Below, piece by piece: positions 37,201 through 46,200 of a DNA stretch of 64,000 nt. The notes under the pieces were generated by a model. The model was not told where the DNA came from, did not search any database, and was given only the letters and a program-made list of their open reading frames with translations. The stretch spans positions 1,337 to 65,336 of the forward strand of contig CAZJPG010000001.1 of assembly GCA_964547855.1 (NCBI GenBank). Reading direction: 5' to 3'. The position numbers were made by a program, and so were the translations under genes. Source of the stretch: an uncultured Gammaproteobacteria bacterium (GTDB taxonomy: Bacteria; Patescibacteriota; Patescibacteriia; Patescibacteriales; WJLG01). Each line of letters starts with the position of its first letter. Position 1 is the stretch's first letter.

Positions 37201-40200
37201 GTTTGGAAAGTCACAGCAGTGGCGCTTGCTTTCTGTCCTGATTGATCATAGGCCCAAATATTGAAAGTGTATTCGGTGTTAGGCAACAATCCAGAAATAA
37301 CCGTCGACGTTCCATTGCTATAAGTCCTTGATCCAAGCCTTGGCTCACTGCTTGACCCGTAAAGAATGCTGCCCTCCGTCGGGATCGTCGCACCCTGAAC
37401 ATAGAAAATCTTATACTCTTGGAAATTAGCTTCTGTGGATGCCGAGCCAAAGCCCAAAGTCAAACTACTAGAGCGACGGCTGATCAAAGTTAAATTGCCA
37501 GGAGCAGTAGGTTTTATGGTATCGACACGGAAATTCGGAGTCGAGGCATTGAATTGCTCCCAACCAGAGCAAGCATATTGATTACAGGCTATGGCTTGCC
37601 ATTTATATCCAGTCGAAGACTCTGGGAAAGATTTGACCACGATAGCCTTATCGATCGCGCCCCTCTCTTCTTCGTTAGACAATGAAGTCTCTTCTTTATC
37701 CGAGGTCGTCAATGTGACCTTTATCCAGTCATACCAAACGTCGCTCAATGTCCCGTTGGCATGAGAAGATGTGAAGATACCTAAGTTTTGCGTATGATTA
37801 ACGCCTACTGGCTGGAATGTCGGCATGCTAGTAAAGGTAGCACAATCAGCCGAATAATAACCCTGGAATACGCCATCGTTCTTTACTAAACGAACACAAT
37901 CAGGATAAGCAGTCGCTCCAGCACCGTTATAATCATCCAAGTAACCATCGCCATCACTATCCCATTGTTCGGCAAAGTCGTTGGAAGGAGTCACTACCAT
38001 AATGGCATAACCATTATTAGATTGGGTCAACGGCAGATTATTCTTAACCATAATACCAGCCTTAGCCCAACCATTGGGATTGCCTTGGGCTATAATCCTG
38101 AGAGTGGCGTCGAAATTACCAGGGACAGTGCGATAAATCGCACCAAAGTAGTCATCTGGAGCGATCCAGACATCGGAACCATTAGCATGTATGCGTAGGG
38201 TCGAAGTCTCTGTAAAAGTAGTGCCGGCAGTACCGTCGTTATCCGCTAAACTCCACTCCGAACCTATAGAGCTATTATTGAAATCATCATACTCATAAAA
38301 AACATTGGAAGACGAAGCTTTAGGAAGACCGGCTAAAGGATTATTGTAATAAATATAATAAGAACCGAGGGCCGCTTCATTAGAGCTAGTTGCTATATCA
38401 GTTTGCAAGCGGAATTGAATGTTGGTCGAAGCATTATTCCAAACACTACCAATACGATCTATTTCCGTTGGCGTACCTCCGGCCAATTGCCAAACAACGC
38501 GCACATCATCACCAGAAGAGAGCGAGACATTGGTCGAACCAGTCCTAGTATCCATTGTTGTGGAGGCGGTATATCCAGCTGGCAAGAGGGAATGATTGGT
38601 GCCGAAATTTATCTTACGTCGATACTTCCAGTCAGTATTCCACCAAGAAGGCTCGGCATTCTTCCATATCTTGCTTGAACAGCTATTGTAAGTGGTATTC
38701 GTAAAACAAGGGTTCGCTGGCGTAGAAGTCGCTGTCGAGAAAGACGATCCATTACTAATCACCTGATAATAAAGATAGGTCTCTCCTCCAGAATTAGATG
38801 AAGTGGCATAGAAGCTAACAGTGCTCGAATTGGTCCAATCGCCATTGATCAAGTCAGTTGAAGTAGCATAGCGATATTGCGCCAAAGAAGTTGGATTAAA
38901 TAATCCACCACTGGTAGTGGTCGATGTTTCTGTAACTGCCTTGGCGGAGTTACCAGCTAGATCATAAGCCCAAATATTGAAATAATAAGTAGTCGAAGCC
39001 GACAAATTCAACACGGTCGTAGAAGCCGAACCATTGAAATTCATGGCTAATAGATCGGCATCCGACGATGATCCCCAAAGACTATTGGCTTCAGTGACTC
39101 CTGCGGTATTGGCCTTGTAAAATATCTTATACTCGGCGAAATTAGCATCATATGAAGTTGCACCCAAATTCAACGTGACATCGGTTGGATTCTTGCTATC
39201 GACCGTCATGCTTCCAGGGACACTAGGAGCTACTGTGTCGACACGGAAATTCGGAGTCGAAGCATTGAAAACTGCCCAATTTTTCGAGCAACCATCCTCA
39301 TTACAAACCAAAGTCTGCCATCTATAACCATCGGCGGAGTCCGGTATGTTCGTGACGTAGGCCAAAGAAGATGCTCCCAAGAATTCCGAACTGGACGTCG
39401 AGAAGAAAGCGGCGTTATTGTTCATATTCTTATATTCCGTCGATATCCAAGTAGAGCTACGAGTCGTGGAAGAGATTCTGACCTCGTCCATATAACCAGT
39501 GAAATAACGTTCGCTAGTGCCTGGGCGACCGAAGCGCATGGCAGTATCCCAACCGCGAGTAACGGCAGTGCCAGAATCGGAAGCCACAAAACCACCATCA
39601 AGATAGAAGGAACCGGTCGGAGCAGTATTTAGATTAGAGAAAGTGGCAGCTGCATAATGCCATGAAGTAGTATCAGTAAAGGCATTATAAGTGATAACAC
39701 TATTGGCTTCCGTATCGCCGAAATACATACCGATATAATTAGGATTAGTGGTATAACCCAAGCTCATGTGCATTTCCTGCCCAGTTCCCCAACCATTTTG
39801 AGAGACGTCTCCTTCCCAAATCAACATGCTCGAAACAGTGGAATCGGCATCGAACCAAAGCGACACCGTATAATTGGCGATAGCGGTCGAGTCAAGTTGC
39901 GCAGAATCCGTCTGAACATAATCTCCGGTACCATCGAAGTGGTGAGAATATCCAAATCTAGTGCTTCGCGGATCCGGAAGGTCGCCATTAAATGCACCGG
40001 TATTACCGCTGGCCGAATCTAACAACGAACCAGATGTCTGATTAAAATGCCAAACGGTAACATATTCATTCGACCAAACAGCGCGACTACCATAAGTGGC
40101 AGTGGCCGCTGGCTGCGAAGCTGTCGACGAACCGTAATAAAGGTAGAAATCCGTGGAGGTGGAATTTTCGACAAGGTCGGCGCGGAAATATATTTCACCG

Positions 40201-43200
40201 GTCTTTGAAGAAGTAGACACTGAGACCACCTCCAATGGCAATCTAGTTCCAGAGGCGTTCGCCACTAATAAGTCTCCTCCGTCTTCTCTCATTTTCGTCC
40301 AAATATTATTATTTGGACCCAAGTGAGACATATCAAAATACAAAGGATAATAGGTTAGATCGCCATCGACTTGAGATGCTTGAGCGGTCAACTTAACACG
40401 ATAAGGGAAGCTATGATCAGCCCAATTCACTCCTGAACGCCAGATCTTCGAAGCACAGCCAGCATACGAGGTGCCACTATTACAAAATGATTGCGGTGTT
40501 GAGGTAGAAGTAGTAAAAGAGGATGTCGTTCCTATTACCTGATAATACATAGAGACGACACCTTGAGCACCGGACGATGTCGCGGTAAAACCGACCGTCG
40601 AAGAGTTCGTCCAAAAACCGTTAGGCATGATCGTCGCCCCCTTCCACTGGTTTAGGTCGGTTGGGTTAGAGACTAAATAGCTAGTCCTAGCCGATAACTC
40701 GACCGTTCCGCTGGCCTTATTGCCAGCCAAATCGTAAGCCCAAATATTGAATACGTAATTAGTGTTGCCAGAAAGACCGGTTATGGTAGTCGAGCCAATT
40801 CCGCTATAAGTACGTGATGAAAGATTAGAGTCAGACGAAGAACTCCAAAGCATGTCCGACTCAGAGACTCCACTAGTATCGGCGCGATAGAATATTTTAT
40901 ACTCGGCGAAATTAGCTTCAGTCGAAGCCGAACCGAAATTAATAGTTATCGAATTCGGAGACTTAGAATCGAATGTCAAACTACCAGGATTTGTCGGCTT
41001 GGTGGTATCCACGACGAAATTTGGAGTAGATGCGTTAAACCCAACCCAATCACTGCAACCATCCGAATTGCAAGCCAAAGCTTGCCACTTATAGCCCGTT
41101 GAAGAATCTGGTATCCCGCTCAAAGGAATACTATTTACCGATACTGATGATCTTATTGTTTCCGAAGAGGTCGCAAAGAAAGTCTTTGGTGATGACAAAT
41201 TATTATACTGCGTCGATAGCCAGGTAGAGCTTCTCTCGGTGCGAGCTACGCGTAATTCGTCTATAGTTCCAGGCCAATTTGTCCCTCCACCGACGTTAGC
41301 GCACAAAGTCAGATCATTGGAAATATTGTCAAAAGGTCGCGCCGCGATCACAGCATTAAGAGCTGTATGATTATCGATATAAAAATTTTGAGACGTCTGA
41401 GTGTTGTTCATAGTGGCGGCCAAAGAATACCAAACACCGGCCGTCTGAGCAGTGGTAGTGGACAAGTTCAACCAAGTGGCATTGGCATTATTGCGAACGC
41501 CGAATTGTATATTGGTCGAACGCTGCCAAAGGCGCCAACCAGTGACATCCTTATGCAACATGTAACCAGCCTCCGTACCAAGACCTTGTTTACCCCAAGC
41601 TGAGACAGTAAAGCCAGCAGAGTTATCCTCAAAAGGAGATCTTATCGCAGCAGAATCTGTAATAACAGCGTATTGAGTCGCTCCATCGCAAGTCAATCCA
41701 TCACCTAAAACACCAACGCCAACCGTGGCCCCGTAATTAACGCCATTCCACGAAGACGACGCTGAATTCTTAAGACTGCCATTCTCAAAATGATAGACCG
41801 CGCCGAAAGGTTTACTCCAAACGCTATACACACCATAAGCAGAAGACGAAGCTGGCTGGGAAGCGGTCGAGGAACCGTAATAAAGATAAAAATCGGTAGA
41901 GGTCGAATTCTCGATCAAATCAGCTTTGAAATGAACTTCGCCGGTTTTAGCGGAAGTATCAACAGAAACTACTTCGACCGGCAACCTAGTACCAGAAGAA
42001 TTGGTAATGATTATATCGCCGCCGTTCGATTTAACATGATTCCAAAAAGAATGGCTAGAACCCAAAACGGAAAGGTCGACTGATATTGGGAAATTAGTAA
42101 GATCAGCATTTACAAAAGAAGATTGCGTCGTGATCTTAGCGCGATATAAGAAATCATTGTCATACCAAGACAAAGAATTCTTCCAAATCTTACCAGCGCA
42201 ATCACTATAAGAAACGTTATATGCGCAAGCGATCGGTGGTGTAGTAGTGGTCGTATTAAAAGCGCTAGCGATCGGTACTAATTGAAAATAAACATCGTCG
42301 GCTGTGGAGCTGGCTGACAAATTAACCGTACTCGAATCGCTCCAACCACCATTGTCTATTTGAATGGAAGTATGTCGATATTGCGCAAGATCTTCTGGGT
42401 CGCGAGGATAACCAGCGGTAGTGACGGTTAATTCCGATAAGGACGGAGTTCCATGCCCATATGCATCATAGGCCCATATTCTGAAAACATATTGGGTTCC
42501 GGCAGAAAGACCATTTATCGTGGTGGTAGCCTTGCCGTCGAACAATATATTTCCAAGACTAGCATCGGAAGAAGATCCTAGTAAGTTATCGGACTCCGTA
42601 ACTCCAGAAGAACCAGCTTTCCAATATATCTTATATTCGGCAAAATTCGATTCGGTCGTGGTAGCGCCAAAAGACAGGACCAATGAAGTCTCATTTCTTC
42701 TATTGATCGACAGGTCACCAGGAGCGGTAGGGCTTATGGTGTCGACTCTAAAATTAGGGACAGTGGTATTGAATGGCACCCACATTGAACATGAATTTTT
42801 GGAATCGCAAGAAATCGCCTGCCACTTATAACCATTTCCCGATTCTGGAACGCTCGTAATATTAACTGAGTCAGAGACGTAGCTAGTATAATTCTCCTCA
42901 GTGCTTGTCGACAAGAAGCTAGCTGGCGCATTCTGATTCTTATACTCCGTAGACAACCAAGTGGCCGAACGAGTGGAACTAGAAAGCCTGACTTCGTCCA
43001 TATCTCCATTAAAATCTTCGTTAGGATTAACATCGGTGGAAATACGGCGACCCAAATAGAGATTCCAAGTGTTGGTATCGGCGGTATTGCTAGTATTATA
43101 GTTTCCAGTCAATGGAACAGAAGTATTATTTATATATATAGCTTTAGTATTGGAAGAATCGACGCGACTATAAACAAGATTGTTCCAAGAACCAGAAGTT

Positions 43201-46200
43201 ACAGTATTGCCAGCTGTAGCACTCTGCCAATCGCAAGCATAACCGACTAAAATCGGGATAAGACCGTTTCCAGCGGCTCCAGCATTATTAGTGAAGAAAA
43301 ATTGTTTCTCATTAGAGCTCCAAGTCGTATCATTAGTGCCTTTAGACATAAGAGCACCAGCCGTGGTGTCAGTTGGCCTGACCCAGAAACTAGCAGTGAA
43401 ATTAGAGTTACCGAAATCGATAGTATTGGATCCGAACACGCCCATGTCTATATAATCGCCTGCTCCGTCAAAAGCTATCGATCCTCCCAATTTACCAGTA
43501 GCATAGTTGGTCGGATTGCCATAATAAGTTCCATTATGAGCATTACCAGTCGAATCTTTGATGCTGGTTATACTGCTAAGATGCCAAACTGCTTCGAAGC
43601 CATTGGTCCAAACGGCGCGAGCGCCATAAGCAGTGGTGGAGGCCGGTTGTGTAGCGGTGGATGAGCCGTAGTAGAGATAAAAATCTGTATTAACAGTATC
43701 TTTCAGTGAGCTCGCTTTAAAATAAACTTCACCGGTCTTAGTCGATGTAGATATAGAAACTATCTCCAATGGCAATCTATTTCCGCGGACATCAGTTATG
43801 AGCAAGTCGCCACCACTGCTATCTTTTTTAGTGTGAGACCAAAAACCGCTATTAACTCCCAAATGAGACAAATCGATGTACACCGGGAAATTAGCGAGAT
43901 CGGCGTCGACCTGCGAAGAATTAGCTTTAAGTTTGACACGATACGGATATTCAGTGTCATACCAACTTATTGTCTCTTGTGAAGATGTAGAAATAAAAGC
44001 GCCTACATTGACCTGATTGTTATATTCGGTCGATACCCATTCCGGTGAACGCACACCAGGATATATTCTAACTTCATCGATTCTTCCGTTAAACCAAGAA
44101 CCAGCGGCATTTCCATTGGCACCGAACGACAAACCATAATTATCATAAACCGTAGGAGTGTTTATTCCGGCCGAGGTATTGGCGCGATTCACGCCATTTA
44201 TATATAAAATACTATCTGAATAAAAATCATAGACACCGGTCATATAAGACCAAGTTCCGGTGGCGAAATTAGTGGCAGTTATAGCTTCCCAGGTTGATTT
44301 ACCGACTTGGAATTGAGTCTGTGATTCGTCAGCATTGTTTATCTGGAACATATACGCACCATAAGGAGCGATGCCGTCTTGACCATAATGCACAGGCTTA
44401 GACCAAGCGCTAGTTTGATTGCCCCACCAAACCCAAGCTGACAAAGTAAAATCTCCAGCTGGCTCCATTGAGCTGCTCTTTTCAAAACGAATTACGTTAT
44501 TGGTTCCATTGAATTGTTGACCATATCCCAATGGGCCAGCCACGCGAGTCGGCGCACTGGCCGTGGTCGAACTGTAATTAGAATTGGCCGTAGAATCGCG
44601 CCAATCGCCTTGAGCTCCAGTGCCATTGTAATCCAAATGCCAAACACCGCCATATCCAGACCAAACGTTGCGTGATCCATACTCAGTGGTAGAGGCTGGC
44701 TGAGAGGCAGTCGAAGATCCGTAGTACAAATAAAAATCAGTATCGGTTAGATCATAAAGAGCATCGGCCTTGAAATATATCTGGCCAGATTTGGTCGAAG
44801 TCGAAAAGCCAACGACCTCCAATGGTAAACGTTGACCAACTGAATTTGTGACAACAAGGTCCCCGCCATTTGCAGAACGCACGCTCTGCCAAAAAGAATT
44901 CGAAGACCCCAAGCGAGCTAGATCGATAAAGACTGGGAAATCATTAAGATCCGAATCGACCTTAGAAGACAAGATAGTGATCTTAGAACGGAATAGGAAA
45001 TCAGGATCATACCAATTCGACAAGAACGAACCGCGATTAGACCAAATCTTCGAAGAGCAAGAATCAAAGGCAGTGCCACTGTAACAATAGACACCTGGGA
45101 CGGAAGTGGCAGTAGCGAAAGAAGTACTAGTCGTTACGAGTTGATAGTAAATAGTCGCATCATCGCCGTCCTTGTCCGTAGAGGTAGCGGAAAGATATAT
45201 ATTTTGTGAATTTGCCCACTCACCGTTAGAAAGGGCTGTGGAAGTGTTCACTTGATATTGAAACAGGGAGGTCGGATCTGTCGGCGGATGATTAGCTATC
45301 AATATCTCGCTAGCCAAAGAAGTGTTGATGGAGCTAGTGGCCATCTTGCGGATGCGATAGTTATCCCAGTAATCATAGTCTTGAGCGGCCACTCCATATT
45401 CACCGTCGCTATACGACAAATCAGTCGTAGAACAATAAGCTAGCGCCGTAGTGGAAGTGGAATTTTGATACAAATAAGCGCTTAAAAGACCATCCTTGCG
45501 CCAATCGAAACGCAAGAAATACCACTGACCGATACTTACGGTATAAGAACTATAAGAAGCTAATATCTGACCGCTGTCATAATCTTTTCTAATCCCGAGG
45601 TCGATGCCGCCACGAGTATCAAGATAGGCGGTATAACCACTGGTATCATTATTCCCATTAGGGTGAGCGATTTGAATTCCTGGCAATGGAACAGTAGAGC
45701 TGGATAAAGCCTGAACATTACTCTCCCAAATCAAATTGCGACCAGAGTTCACGCCATCTCTAACAGCTATCCTATTCGATCCGCCAGTCACAGTGGAAGA
45801 CAATCCATAGCTGCCATTTTTAGCGGCTACACCCTTGCGATTAACGGTCAAGCTACCAGTGTTAAAATCATTGTTCGATTCAAAGCCTTGGAAGTAAACG
45901 AAAGTATCGCTACCACTTGAAGCTCCAACAGCGGCGGCGTTTCCGTAGTACATGTATATCGTTTTGTTGCCATTGATAGATGGGATCTTTACCCAAATCT
46001 TAGTATTAGCACGACCGCAAGATCCTGGTTCGAGATAATACGATAATTCGTTGCCAACCGACCAACGATTGGAATCGGCGAAACGGATATCATCGCAATC
46101 GCTCTGCATCTTACCAGCAGATATCAAAGAGGCGGTGTCGACAGAGATCGAAACCTGATAATCGGTCAAAGCGCTGCCAGAATACGTTATGTTGATCGGT